A stretch of 64,000 nt of DNA from an uncultured bacterium (GTDB lineage Bacteria; Krumholzibacteriota; Krumholzibacteriia; Krumholzibacteriales; Krumholzibacteriaceae): contig CAWBAN010000005.1 in the NCBI GenBank assembly GCA_963786935.1, positions 192,001 to 256,000 of the forward strand, given 5' to 3'. Both the position numbers and the translations under genes were made by a program. This document shows, in pieces, positions 29,340 to 38,684 of the stretch (the first letter of the stretch is position 1; the number at the start of each line of letters is the position of its first letter). A model generated the notes under the pieces. It ran no database searches and was not told the origin of the DNA. It saw only the letters and a list, made by a program, of their open reading frames with translations.

Positions 29340-30533
29340 TCATTTTTCATGGGCGGCCAGGAAATGCTCGAGAATGTAGCGAGCTTCGTGATCGGCGACG
29401 ACCGCCGTTCCTGCTTTGCTGTAGCGGACGCCGTCGTCGTTGAAGAGCTGCCGCGCGTCGCTCCGCGGGCTCAGGAGGGCGTCGAGATCGACGAGATGCC
29501 GCGAGCTCCGTTCCCCGGCCACGCGTCGGACGATGTCGTTGTATTCGCGAAAGAGGACGAGCGCCTCCTCCTTCGATCTCGCGTAGGTGCTCGAAACGGC
29601 GTCGTCGGGGACGCCGAGCGCCGGATGCGAGCTCGGCTCGGTCGCGAAGATCACGGGGGCGCCGAGCGCCTCCGCGGTGTCCGCGATCTCCTCGAGGTTC
29701 CTCGAGAATGATTCGGGGGGAACGCGGGGGACGTCGAGCGGCTTCGATTCGCCGAGCGCGGGGGCGAGCGCCTTCCGGGCGAGCTGCAGGAGCCGGCACC
29801 GCGAGTAGATTCCGTCCGCGAAGAGCCGCGCGGATCCGCGGAGCGGGCGTGGGGCTTTCTCCTCGTCTATCTCGCCGAAGGCGAGCCACCGGTCGTTCCA
29901 GCCGTACGAAACGACGAGCAGATCCGGATCGAGATCCCGGAGGAACGTTCGCGCGATGATGGCGCCCTGATAGCTCGAGTAGCCGGGCAGGGCGAAGTTG
30001 AGGCACTCGACCTCGGGATGCGTGCCGCGGATGATCGTCTCCGTCACAACGGGGACTCCCGCGTAGGTGCACGCGTTTCCGAGATAGACGATGCGGTACG
30101 CGCCGGCCGGCTTCGGCCGCGCCGGCTCGACGCCGTCGAAGCCGTACGAGTTGATGCCGGGGCGTGACTTCGGGAGCGTCCAGAAGAGTTTGTCGTCGCG
30201 CTCGGCCTCGCTGATCTGGTGCGGCCGCGGGTAGCCGAAGCGCAGGAACGGCTCGTAGGTGAAGCCTCTGAGCCGGAGATAAACCTCGGCGGGCGTCACG
30301 ACGAGGTTGACGGCGGCCAGCACGAGGAAGAGCCGCAGCCAGCGCCGCCGCTTCCCCGTGCAGCGGCCGATCGCGAGCGTGCCGATCACGAGGAAGACGC
30401 CCCAGAGGTAGCCGGCCGCGATATGCGACTTGAGCGGCTGCACGAGCGAGAGCGACGCGATGAGAACGGTCGCGAGCAGGAACGATGCGACGAAGAACAT
30501 GCGCGTGGAGCGCAGCGCGGTCGATTCAGCCAT
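29340..30533 (-). CDS. Membrane-anchored SGNH/GDSL-fold protein with an altered active site
   Basis: INSYGF, RIVYLGNACT, ALPGYSSYQG, SYGWND and DGVRY correspond to the SGNH blocks. Confidence 0.75.
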   Translation of the reverse strand: MAESTALRSTRMFFVASFLLATVLIASLSLVQPLKSHIAAGYLWGVFLVIGTLAIGRCTGKRRRWLRLFLVLAAVNLVVTPAEVYLRLRGFTYEPFLRFGYPRPHQISEAERDDKLFWTLPKSRPGINSYGFDGVEPARPKPAGAYRIVYLGNACTYAGVPVVTETIIRGTHPEVECLNFALPGYSSYQGAIIARTFLRDLDPDLLVVSYGWNDRWLAFGEIDEEKAPRPLRGSARLFADGIYSRCRLLQLARKALAPALGESKPLDVPRVPPESFSRNLEEIADTAEALGAPVIFATEPSSHPALGVPDDAVSSTYARSKEEALVLFREYNDIVRRVAGERSSRHLVDLDALLSPRSDARQLFNDDGVRYSKAGTAVVADHEARYILEHFLAAHEK

Positions 30534-30545
30534 GGAACGAACCTC

Positions 30546-30902
30546 TCAGCCCTTGCCGGCCTCGATCTTTTCCCAATGCTGGTTCCCCGAGGGAAGCCCG
30601 CGGACGTTCCGCGAGGATGTGCGCTCCGCCTTCCTGATGAGATCGCCGAATTCGAGGAGCTTGCGGCCGATCTTCGCGTGGAGCGTCTGGATCGGATCCT
30701 TCGATCGCCTGCATTCGTAGAGCGAGGATGTGTATTCGCGCGGGAAGCGGCGCATCATCTCGAAGATGAAATCGTGCGAGTCGAACCGGTTGTCGAGGTG
30801 ACCGATGATCGTCTCGAAGATGTGGTCGCGAAAGAGCTCCCCCTCGGGGGCCGGACGGCGCTTCACGCCGCTTTTCGCGGGAGGCTTCTCACCATTTTTC
30901 AT
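30546..30902 (-). CDS. Hypothetical protein
   Basis: MKNGEKPPAK... follows a GAGG RBS and overlaps the nitroreductase stop; GC3-rich codon usage. Confidence 0.6.
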   Translation of the reverse strand: MKNGEKPPAKSGVKRRPAPEGELFRDHIFETIIGHLDNRFDSHDFIFEMMRRFPREYTSSLYECRRSKDPIQTLHAKIGRKLLEFGDLIRKAERTSSRNVRGLPSGNQHWEKIEAGKG

Positions 30903-31389
30903 CGTGGATCCTCTTCGGATCGTACTGCGTTCTCGGTTCCTTCTTCTCCCCCGGATGGCCGATGGAAATGAGGCACAGGATGCCGGCGTGCTCGGGTATG
31001 CCGAGCACCGCCCTGATCGCGGCGACGCGATCCTCGCGCGGGTGGCCGCCGAGCCAGACGGCGCCAAGACCGAGCGCGGCGACCGCGACGAGCATGTTCT
31101 CGGTCGCCGCGGAGCAGTCCTGCACCCAGAAGTCGGGGGCGATCGTCGTGTCTCCGCAGACGGCGATCGCCGCCGCGGCCGAGCTCAGCATCTTTCCGTG
31201 GGGATGCGCTTCGGCGAGCTTCGCGAGCGTCTCCCGGTCCCTGACCACGACGAAGTGCCACGGCTTCCGGTTGTTGCTCGAGGGGGCCGCCATGCCGGCT
31301 TCGAGGATCTGCGTGATCGCCTCGCGGCTCACCGGCTCCCCCGTATACGCCCGGATGCTGCGCCGGGCGAAGATCGACTCGAGAGACAT
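30889..31389 (-). CDS. Nitroreductase family protein
   Basis: RRSIRAY, APSSNNRKPWHFVVV and ENMLVAVAALGLGAVW. Confidence 0.93.
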   Translation of the reverse strand: MSLESIFARRSIRAYTGEPVSREAITQILEAGMAAPSSNNRKPWHFVVVRDRETLAKLAEAHPHGKMLSSAAAAIAVCGDTTIAPDFWVQDCSAATENMLVAVAALGLGAVWLGGHPREDRVAAIRAVLGIPEHAGILCLISIGHPGEKKEPRTQYDPKRIHDEKW

Positions 31390-31520
31390 AGGGAGATCTC
31401 CTTGTCGGGACGCCAACGCAGTATACCCCAGAATCGACGTCCGGTACAGGGCATTTCCGAGGGAGCGCGGGATCCCGCGCTCGGGCCGTATCGGCCCGGG
31501 GACGAGATCCGCGGGCGCCG

Positions 31521-32108
31521 TTACTCGGGCATATTGAACAGCCGGCAGACCTCCGCGTACGGCATCGACGGCAGCGAGCCCGCCAGCCGGGCCGAGGTGA
31601 TTCCCGCGCGCTCCGCGGACGCGGCGAGAACGCCCCCCGGAATCAGGACGTATCTGACTTGATTGCTGGAGGCGATGACTCCCGGATCCGTCGTGGGGCT
31701 CGACACCAAGTAGTAGATGGCTTTGACGCTGCCGGGCTCAGCCCGATGCATGAAGCAGTAGGTGTTTCCGGGCGCGCTGGGGACGATGGTCACCGGAAGC
31801 TGATAGATCGCCGGAGCCATGCCCACGAACTTCATATAGACCAGGACGACGCCGTGGCTGATGATATCGGCCGTCAGCGAGGCCGTCGTCATCGTGTAGG
31901 CGCGCTCCGCGACTCCGAAGGTCGTTCCGAGCACCCATGTCGCCGGGCTGAACCATTCCGAGTAAATGACGTTCGCTGTGCCGGGAGGCCCGTCGGAGCC
32001 GTCGGCGCCCGTGGGCCCCGCGGGACCCGCGGGCCCCTCATCCCCCTGGCATCCGAGGAACGTGAACGCGAAGCAGAGCAAGAGCCAAGAAACGCGACGG
32101 ATCTTCAT
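31521..32108 (-). CDS. Lipoprotein with a short collagen-like repeat
   Basis: Lipobox FLGC, then GDEGPAGPAGPTGADGSDGPPGTANVIYSEW; GGAGG RBS. Confidence 0.85.
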   Translation of the reverse strand: MKIRRVSWLLLCFAFTFLGCQGDEGPAGPAGPTGADGSDGPPGTANVIYSEWFSPATWVLGTTFGVAERAYTMTTASLTADIISHGVVLVYMKFVGMAPAIYQLPVTIVPSAPGNTYCFMHRAEPGSVKAIYYLVSSPTTDPGVIASSNQVRYVLIPGGVLAASAERAGITSARLAGSLPSMPYAEVCRLFNMPE

Positions 32109-32210
32109 CTTCTACCTCCCGGGCTCGGGTGAAACCGCCGATGGAGAATCGGTGCGACCCTATGGCAAAGGTGATTCCGTGTCAAGATTATGCGGCGCGC
32201 GCGAAAGTCC

Positions 32211-33026
32211 TCAGCGGGCTTCGCGCTGGCGCAGCGCCTCGTACAGGAGGATCGCCGCCGTTACCGAGACGTTCAGGGAATCAGCCGTTCCCCGCATCGG
32301 GATCCGCACCGAGAGATCCGACGCTTCGAGCCATTCCCTGCCGAGCCCCGCGTCCTCGCTCCCGACGACGATCGCGCAGGGAGAGGACATATCGGCGGCG
32401 GAGTAGACGGCATCCGCCTCGGGAGATGTCGTGATGATCGTGACGCCTTTCGACTTGAGCCACCCGATCGCATGTTGCGCTCTCGTCACCGCGACCGGGA
32501 CGCTGAAGATCGTGCCGAGGCTCGCCCGAATCACGTTCGGGTTGTAGAGATCGGTCTTGGGAGCGCTGATGATGATCCCCGATACGCCCGCTCCGTCCGC
32601 CGAGCGAAAGAGCGCGCCGAGATTTCCCGGCTTTTCGACGGCGTCGACCGCGAGGAAGAGCGCTCCGGGATCCGTTCGCAGGTCGTCGAGTCCATGGTGC
32701 GGCTTCTCGGCGACGGCGACGAAACCTCCCGAATCCTCGCGGTAGGCGATCTTCTTGAATGCCGGAGCGGCGACCGAGGAGAGGGGCACGCCGCGTTCCT
32801 TGAGCATCGCGAGGAGGGCGCGCTCCTCATCGGTCGAGACGATCGCGGGGCAATAATAGATTTCCCGGATTGCCACTCCGGCCCGGATCGCCCGGGCGAT
32901 TTCCCGCGCTCCCTCGATCGCGATGAGGCCGGTTTCATCGCGCTCGCTCTTTTTCGAGAGCCGGACAACGGCCTTTATCCTCTCGTTCTGCAAACTCGTT
33001 ATTCTGTATTCGTCGTTCTCTCCCAT
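32211..33026 (-). CDS. TrmH/SpoU-family RNA methyltransferase
   Basis: ITSLQNERIK, EKPGNLGA, VGSEDAGL and IPMRGTADSLNVSV. Confidence 0.93.
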   Translation of the reverse strand: MGENDEYRITSLQNERIKAVVRLSKKSERDETGLIAIEGAREIARAIRAGVAIREIYYCPAIVSTDEERALLAMLKERGVPLSSVAAPAFKKIAYREDSGGFVAVAEKPHHGLDDLRTDPGALFLAVDAVEKPGNLGALFRSADGAGVSGIIISAPKTDLYNPNVIRASLGTIFSVPVAVTRAQHAIGWLKSKGVTIITTSPEADAVYSAADMSSPCAIVVGSEDAGLGREWLEASDLSVRIPMRGTADSLNVSVTAAILLYEALRQREAR

Positions 33027-33475
33027 GATGCGCCTTTCAGTCGCGGAGTTGCCCATGCCTGCCGCGGTATTCCCGTTCCGGTCGGCGAGTCGTGCCCTTC
33101 ATGAATATCTTCCGAATAGCATGTTTCGGCATTTTTCTCAATAGCTCTGTTGGATAGCGGCAAAATCGCATCCCCGGGCCGGGGCCGGGATAGTGCTCGA
33201 ACGCAAGGAACATTATAGACTTGCAATTCGATTCGCGACAGTTTATCATAACACCCAGTACGGTATGAGCGCCATCGAGCACGTGACTCTCCCTTCTTGC
33301 AATTGTGAAATGCGGCAGGATAGATAGAGCTTCAACGGCAAGGGTTGGTTGATGTATGTGTATGTCGTTCAATAGGTTGGTAATCGGTTTCGTCGTATTT
33401 ATTGAAGCGATTCTTGCATCGGGAGGGAGTGCAGCCCGTGCACAGGGGAATTCAATGCCCGTTCAGGGGGCGAAG

Positions 33476-34075
33476 ATGAAAAGACATATCGTGCTCCTCG
33501 GCGCCTCGGTCGGCAAAGCTTGGGATTTTCCGCGCCTTCCGGCGCGCATGAACAGCGGCGACTACACGTTCGAATCGGTGACCGAATACCGCTTCGACAA
33601 GAGCGAGAAGCTCGCGGCGATTTTAAACCGGGTTCAGGACAAACCCGATGCGATCATCATCAAGGAATGCGCCGCCTTTTTCCCGGGGGATCTATCGAAG
33701 TATCAGGAGCTCGTGCGCCGGTGGGTCGGCGAGTGCCGGAGCGCAGGGATAGTCCCGATTCTCGCGACGGTCGTTCCCGTCTCGCGGACGTATCCGCTTC
33801 GAACCTTCGTGCTCCAGCTCCTCCATGGAAATTTCATGTACCCGAAAGGTACCTTCGAAGGGATCGTCGCGTATAACGACTGGGTCCGCGGGTATGCCGT
33901 TCAGGAGGGGCTCGCGCTCATCGACCTCGAGGCGGCTGTCCGCATCGGTCCCGGGAACCGGCATCTCAAGGAATCGTTCGCCCGCAGAGACGGACTCCAT
34001 CTCAATTCAAAGGCGTATCGGGAGCTCGATCGCATCGTAATCCCGGCGCTGCAGCGAGTGATGTATTTCAACTGA
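33476..34075 (+). CDS. SGNH/GDSL hydrolase-like protein
   Basis: LLGASVG...YNDWVR...DGLHLN; the start may be further upstream (33356). Confidence 0.7.
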   Translation: MKRHIVLLGASVGKAWDFPRLPARMNSGDYTFESVTEYRFDKSEKLAAILNRVQDKPDAIIIKECAAFFPGDLSKYQELVRRWVGECRSAGIVPILATVVPVSRTYPLRTFVLQLLHGNFMYPKGTFEGIVAYNDWVRGYAVQEGLALIDLEAAVRIGPGNRHLKESFARRDGLHLNSKAYRELDRIVIPALQRVMYFN

Positions 34076-34099
34076 GAGATTGAGTCGGGAGGGCGCTTG

Positions 34100-34990
34100 A
34101 TGATGAAGTGCGCCGCACTATTGATTTCGATGTGTCTCGCGCTGATGCTCGCCGTCCCGGCGGCTTTCGCGGCGAGCCGTACGAGCCCGCTGATCATCGA
34201 CCATACGTGTACCAACCTCGGCGGAATTCCGCCGGCCCGGATTGATTCTGCGCAGGCTGCCATGAAGTGGCAATATGCGAGCACTTCGGATGGTGAGCAG
34301 ATTCGGTATGGGCTTGATTCTCTTGAATTGTGGTCTTCAGCCTATGATGTGGAGTTGGGGGAGAAGTACTTGCCTGGCGTGGCTGGCGCTCTGAACAATT
34401 TCTTTGGCAATGAAGCCACGACGTATGTCGAGCCGGAGCAGTACTGGGCGACGGCCGAGGGGATGGACTTGACGCGCGACGTATTGCGCCGCAATCCCAC
34501 GATCAACGTTTCGACTTTTGCGTGGTGCACGCAGCTGTCGAGCGCGGATGAAGCATACGTGCAGGCGTATCTCGATTCGATGACGAAGCTCGAGCAGGAG
34601 TTTCCCGGCGTGACCTTCGTCTATATGACGAGCAACGCGCGGTCGGAAGGCGCAGCGGAGAATCGGTCTCTCAGAAACAAACAGATACGGGATTACTGCA
34701 TCGCCAACAACAAGGTGCTCTATGATTTCGAGGAGCTTGACTGCTCGTGGTTCAATCCCGATACCCAGCTGTGGGAGTATTACACCATCACGGATTATTG
34801 GGGCGATGTATGGCCGGTTCGACATCCGCAGTACGCCCTGGAAGAAATAATCGCTCATACGACCTGGGAAAACTGCAGACAGAAGGCGAAGGCCATGTGG
34901 TGGCTCATGGCGCGCCTCGCCGGCTGGGACGGGGCGTCCGCCGCCGTCGAGTCGGGCTCATGGGGCGCCGTCAAGGATCTCTTTCGCTGA
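34100..34990 (+). CDS. Secreted protein (possible SGNH-like fold) with C-terminal [10 protein letters not shown] tag
   Basis: Signal peptide ending ...LAVPAAFAA; hydrophilic body; ends [14 protein letters not shown]. Confidence 0.8.
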   Translation: MMKCAALLISMCLALMLAVPAAFAASRTSPLIIDHTCTNLGGIPPARIDSAQAAMKWQYASTSDGEQIRYGLDSLELWSSAYDVELGEKYLPGVAGALNNFFGNEATTYVEPEQYWATAEGMDLTRDVLRRNPTINVSTFAWCTQLSSADEAYVQAYLDSMTKLEQEFPGVTFVYMTSNARSEGAAENRSLRNKQIRDYCIANNKVLYDFEELDCSWFNPDTQLWEYYTITDYWGDVWPVRHPQYALEEIIAHTTWENCRQKAKAMWWLMARLAGWDGASAAVESGSWGAVKDLFR

Positions 34991-35047
34991 TAGCGGCCGG
35001 TGTTTTTCGAGAGGGGGTATATCGCGCGCCGTCGCCGAATCCCCGCG

Positions 35048-36541
35048 CTAGAGAGGTATGCCGAAGTACCGTCGCTCGGTCCTGCTCAAGAGAGCGAACA
35101 TATTCACCCCGAGAAATATGATCGATGTGATGAGGCCCAGAACGAGGATTCGCGGATAGCTTACGGCGATGAAGCCTCGCACCGCGAGCCAGCTCGCGAG
35201 GTGCACGAGCGCGCCGAGGGCGAGGCCTTTCATGACGACCTTGGTGTATCGGGAAGAGCTCACCTGAATGACGCGGCTCGCGTAATAGGGAACGATGAAG
35301 AAACTCGTCACGAAAATCGGAATCAGGGTGCCGAGGGCGACGCCTATGATCCCGTACTTCTTCACGAGAACCAGACTGAGACCGAGGTTCACGAGCCCCT
35401 CCGCGACGACGATGAACGAATAGACCCTATGCTTCGAAATCCCATAGAGGAGCGTGGCGGGAGGGATCTGGAAGGTGTTGCAGAGCATCGCGAACGTCAG
35501 AACGACGAGGACATGGTACGAATCGAGATACGCGCTTCCCATCCAGCGGAGAATGAATGCCTCGCCGTAAATGAGGATCGATCCTCCGATAAAGACGGAG
35601 AAGATTGTATTGAGCTTGACGGAAAAGAGATACTTGTCGCGCAGCTCATCGAACGCCCCCTGACCCTCGAGGCGCGAAAAAACGGGCTTCATGGACGATA
35701 TGGCTTCCATGACAAGGACGTTGTAGTAGCCGGCGATGCGGCTTCCGATGCTGTAATGCGTCACGGGACTCAAACCCATAAATCCCGAGATAACGAGATT
35801 GTCGAGATTGAAGCGCAGCTGCTTCGCCACGTTCGAGATGAAGCTGTAGACGCTGTAGCTGTAGAGCTGCTTGACCGTGTGCTTCGCGAAGTTGGAGATA
35901 CGGATCTTTGTCTCGGGGTATACCCGGAGCACATAGAGCACGTATGCGGCGGATTCGATGAGATCGACGACGAGCGTAATGACCACGAGCCCGATGATCC
36001 CGTGCCCGCGCTCCAGCGCGAGCACGATGAGCGCAGTCCGGAGAAAGAGCTTCAGTATATTGATGATGTTCGCGATGTCGTATCGGATGTGCGCATAGAG
36101 AAATCCGTTGAACCCGCGGATCGGGAACTGCTGCGCCATATCGAATCCGATGATCGCGATGACGATGCGGATCGTCGGGATATCGGCGGAGCTCTTCTCG
36201 AAGAACGGACAGAGGATGACGACGATCGCGGTGACGATGATCGAAACGATACCGACGAGCGTGAAGAGGAAGAGAGACGAGCTGAAGACCCGGTTAATCT
36301 CCTCCTGATCCTTTTGCCCGAGCGCTCGGGCGACGAAACGCTCGTTGGCGGTCGCGATGCCGAGGTCGAGAAAGCCGAAATATCCGACCATTGTCGCGGT
36401 GAGGATCCACAATCCGTACCAGCGTTCGCCGATACTGTGGATAACGAAGGGGATCATGAAAAAGGAAACGGCGATATTGAGGATCGGATTGGCGACCCTG
36501 AAGAACGAGCCTCTGATGAGCTTTGCGGCTAGACTTGCCAT
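35048..36541 (-). CDS. wzx: Oligosaccharide flippase (Wzx family)
   Basis: PFVIHSIGERWYGLW, GFLDLG and LDNLVISGFMG; about 14 TM segments. Confidence 0.85.
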   Translation of the reverse strand: MASLAAKLIRGSFFRVANPILNIAVSFFMIPFVIHSIGERWYGLWILTATMVGYFGFLDLGIATANERFVARALGQKDQEEINRVFSSSLFLFTLVGIVSIIVTAIVVILCPFFEKSSADIPTIRIVIAIIGFDMAQQFPIRGFNGFLYAHIRYDIANIINILKLFLRTALIVLALERGHGIIGLVVITLVVDLIESAAYVLYVLRVYPETKIRISNFAKHTVKQLYSYSVYSFISNVAKQLRFNLDNLVISGFMGLSPVTHYSIGSRIAGYYNVLVMEAISSMKPVFSRLEGQGAFDELRDKYLFSVKLNTIFSVFIGGSILIYGEAFILRWMGSAYLDSYHVLVVLTFAMLCNTFQIPPATLLYGISKHRVYSFIVVAEGLVNLGLSLVLVKKYGIIGVALGTLIPIFVTSFFIVPYYASRVIQVSSSRYTKVVMKGLALGALVHLASWLAVRGFIAVSYPRILVLGLITSIIFLGVNMFALLSRTERRYFGIPL

Positions 36542-36577
36542 GGCGTGCCCGTGCGCCCCGGCGCACCGTCCCTGACT

Positions 36578-37582
36578 CTATCGTTTTTCGTCGAGATCGA
36601 GGCGCTCGCGCACCCGCTTCACGATCTCGGGCATCTCCGCCGTTTCGAGGCGAGAGAGCGCTTCCGCGCGGTCCATGTATCCTTCCCGAACCAGTTTCGC
36701 GAGCTCGAACGCGTATGGATGAAAATTGAACTGCCCCTTGTGGATCATGTTCGCGAAGGCGTTGAGGAGGCAATTGGTCGAGTTCGGATCGGTGTCCTCG
36801 GGTTTCCGCCAGCCGAGTGCGCGTATCTCGGCGACGATCCGGTCTTCGTCGTAATCGAGAAAGGCGAGCGGGCTCACGTTGTAAGGGAACCGCTCCTCGC
36901 GCGTGAAATGCTCCTCGGTGAGAAAGTAGTTCTCGATCTCTGGTCCCGCCGCCTCGCGCATCGGGTCGAGGAGGACTTTCTGCATGCTCCGGATCATCGA
37001 CGGGTTGTTCTTGAATATCGACGCTTCGATCGGGGCCTGCCCGGGCGACCAGCCGTACGTGACGAAGGGGATCCCTCCCTCGATCGCCATCCGCAGGACG
37101 ACGAATTTGACGAGGCCCATGCAGCTCGTGCAGATCGTGCTCGCCCGCTCGAGCGTTTTGGCGGGATACATCTCGGTCTGCGCCGCCTTGCGGAATATCT
37201 TCTTCATGAGATCGAAGCGCGGTTTGTAGACGATGTGGTCGATGCCGAGATTTTCGGAGACGTGCCGCATGTTCTCGATGGAGGCCGGGGAGACGAATCC
37301 GTTGTCGAGGGTGAGCGCGAGCACGGAGAGCTTGTATTTCCGGCGCAGCACCATGAGCGTATACGTCGAATCCTTCCCCCCGCTGTACGCCATGAGCGCG
37401 TCGTAGCCGCCGGGTTTCCGGTGCGCTGCGAGAAGATCGTCGAACTTGCGGCGGTACTTATCCTTCGATTCGTCGAGCCGCTCCCGTCCCTTGAATGCCC
37501 GGCACAGGCCGCAGACCCCCGCTTCGTCGAAGCTGATCCCCGGAAACGTCTCGGGCAGGACGCACTGCGCACACGTTTTCAT
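36578..37582 (-). CDS. PP-loop N-acetyl sugar amidotransferase-like protein (WbpG/WbuX family)
   Basis: CxxCVLP...CGLC N-terminus, YDALMAYSGGKDS, CTSC, STNC and VREGYMDRAEAL. Confidence 0.8.
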   Translation of the reverse strand: MKTCAQCVLPETFPGISFDEAGVCGLCRAFKGRERLDESKDKYRRKFDDLLAAHRKPGGYDALMAYSGGKDSTYTLMVLRRKYKLSVLALTLDNGFVSPASIENMRHVSENLGIDHIVYKPRFDLMKKIFRKAAQTEMYPAKTLERASTICTSCMGLVKFVVLRMAIEGGIPFVTYGWSPGQAPIEASIFKNNPSMIRSMQKVLLDPMREAAGPEIENYFLTEEHFTREERFPYNVSPLAFLDYDEDRIVAEIRALGWRKPEDTDPNSTNCLLNAFANMIHKGQFNFHPYAFELAKLVREGYMDRAEALSRLETAEMPEIVKRVRERLDLDEKR

Positions 37583-37646
37583 CGCTGATATCCCTTCACG
37601 CTATCGATCCTCCGGATTCTTGCCGCGAGCGCTCCCGGCGTCCGCG

Positions 37647-38621
37647 CTAGAACTTGAACTCGAGTGACGGGGCCATCTCTCTCAGCATAGCCGTCGCCTC
37701 ACGCTTACGCACGAGATCCTTCGCAGCGCGGGCGACCTGGTCGACGGCGAGCCCGAGCGCCGCAGCGACCTCCGCGTGCGGCAGGCCGTGCTCGACGCCG
37801 TAGATGACGTAGTCGAGTATCTCGTACGGCATACAAAAATAGAAATCCTGATCGCTCACGGGGAAGCTGTACGTATCGGGGCTCGGCGTGCGTTTGAGGA
37901 CGGCGTCGCTCACGCCGAGGTGTGCCCCCAGCGCGAACACCTGCGCCTTGTACAGATACGCGAGCGGCTCGATATCGACCCCGCCGTCACCGTATTTCAC
38001 ATAAAAGCCCTGAATGAGCTCGGGATAGTTCGTCGTCCCGCAGACGATGTAGTGCCGGCGTTCCGCTTCGTAGTAGAGTTGCGTCATGCGGAGCCGCTGC
38101 TTGATGTCGTTCGCGGCCACGAGCTCGAGGTAGTCGCCGTGCGGAACGCGCTCTTTGCGCACGCCGCCGTCGGGGAGGAGCACCTCGATGTGATACACGT
38201 TGAGGCGGTCACGATCGAGGAGATCCTGAGGGAGGACGAGACGGAACCTGAACGGCGGGTTAAGATCGGGGAAAAGTTTCTTCACGATTGCGTCGCGTTT
38301 CTCGTAGACATGGAAGCTCTCGAGCATCGGCGTGATGTTCACCTCGTGGCATTCGATGCCGAGCGTGTCGGCGACGAGCTTTCCGTACTCGCGGCTGATC
38401 GGATTCGAGTCCTTCTCGGGCAGGAGAAGTCCTACCACGCGTTCGCGACCGAGCGCCCTGACCGAGAGCGCGGCCGAAACGGACGAATCGATTCCGCCGC
38501 TCAGCCCGATAACGATTCCCTTCCGGCGGTACCGGTTGAGCACGGCGTCCCTGATGAAATCCACGAGCTTCGCGGAGATCGCCTCGGGATCTATCTTCAG
38601 TACGTCCTTCGTGAATGCCAT
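37647..38621 (-). CDS. nadE: NH3-dependent NAD+ synthetase-like protein (cluster-associated NadE homolog)
   Basis: GLSGGIDSSV, KQRLRM, GFYVKYGDG, LYKAQV and PSPDT. Confidence 0.82.
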   Translation of the reverse strand: MAFTKDVLKIDPEAISAKLVDFIRDAVLNRYRRKGIVIGLSGGIDSSVSAALSVRALGRERVVGLLLPEKDSNPISREYGKLVADTLGIECHEVNITPMLESFHVYEKRDAIVKKLFPDLNPPFRFRLVLPQDLLDRDRLNVYHIEVLLPDGGVRKERVPHGDYLELVAANDIKQRLRMTQLYYEAERRHYIVCGTTNYPELIQGFYVKYGDGGVDIEPLAYLYKAQVFALGAHLGVSDAVLKRTPSPDTYSFPVSDQDFYFCMPYEILDYVIYGVEHGLPHAEVAAALGLAVDQVARAAKDLVRKREATAMLREMAPSLEFKF

Positions 38622-38684
38622 GGAGCATCCTTTCTTCTCATGAGGCCGGGACCGCGCGTCGAAGACCGCGGGCGTACCGCGCAG

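Noticed and set aside
38622..38684. Three ACCGCG words in the spacer between the ligase and nadE
   Set aside because: Too short and GC-rich to exceed chance.
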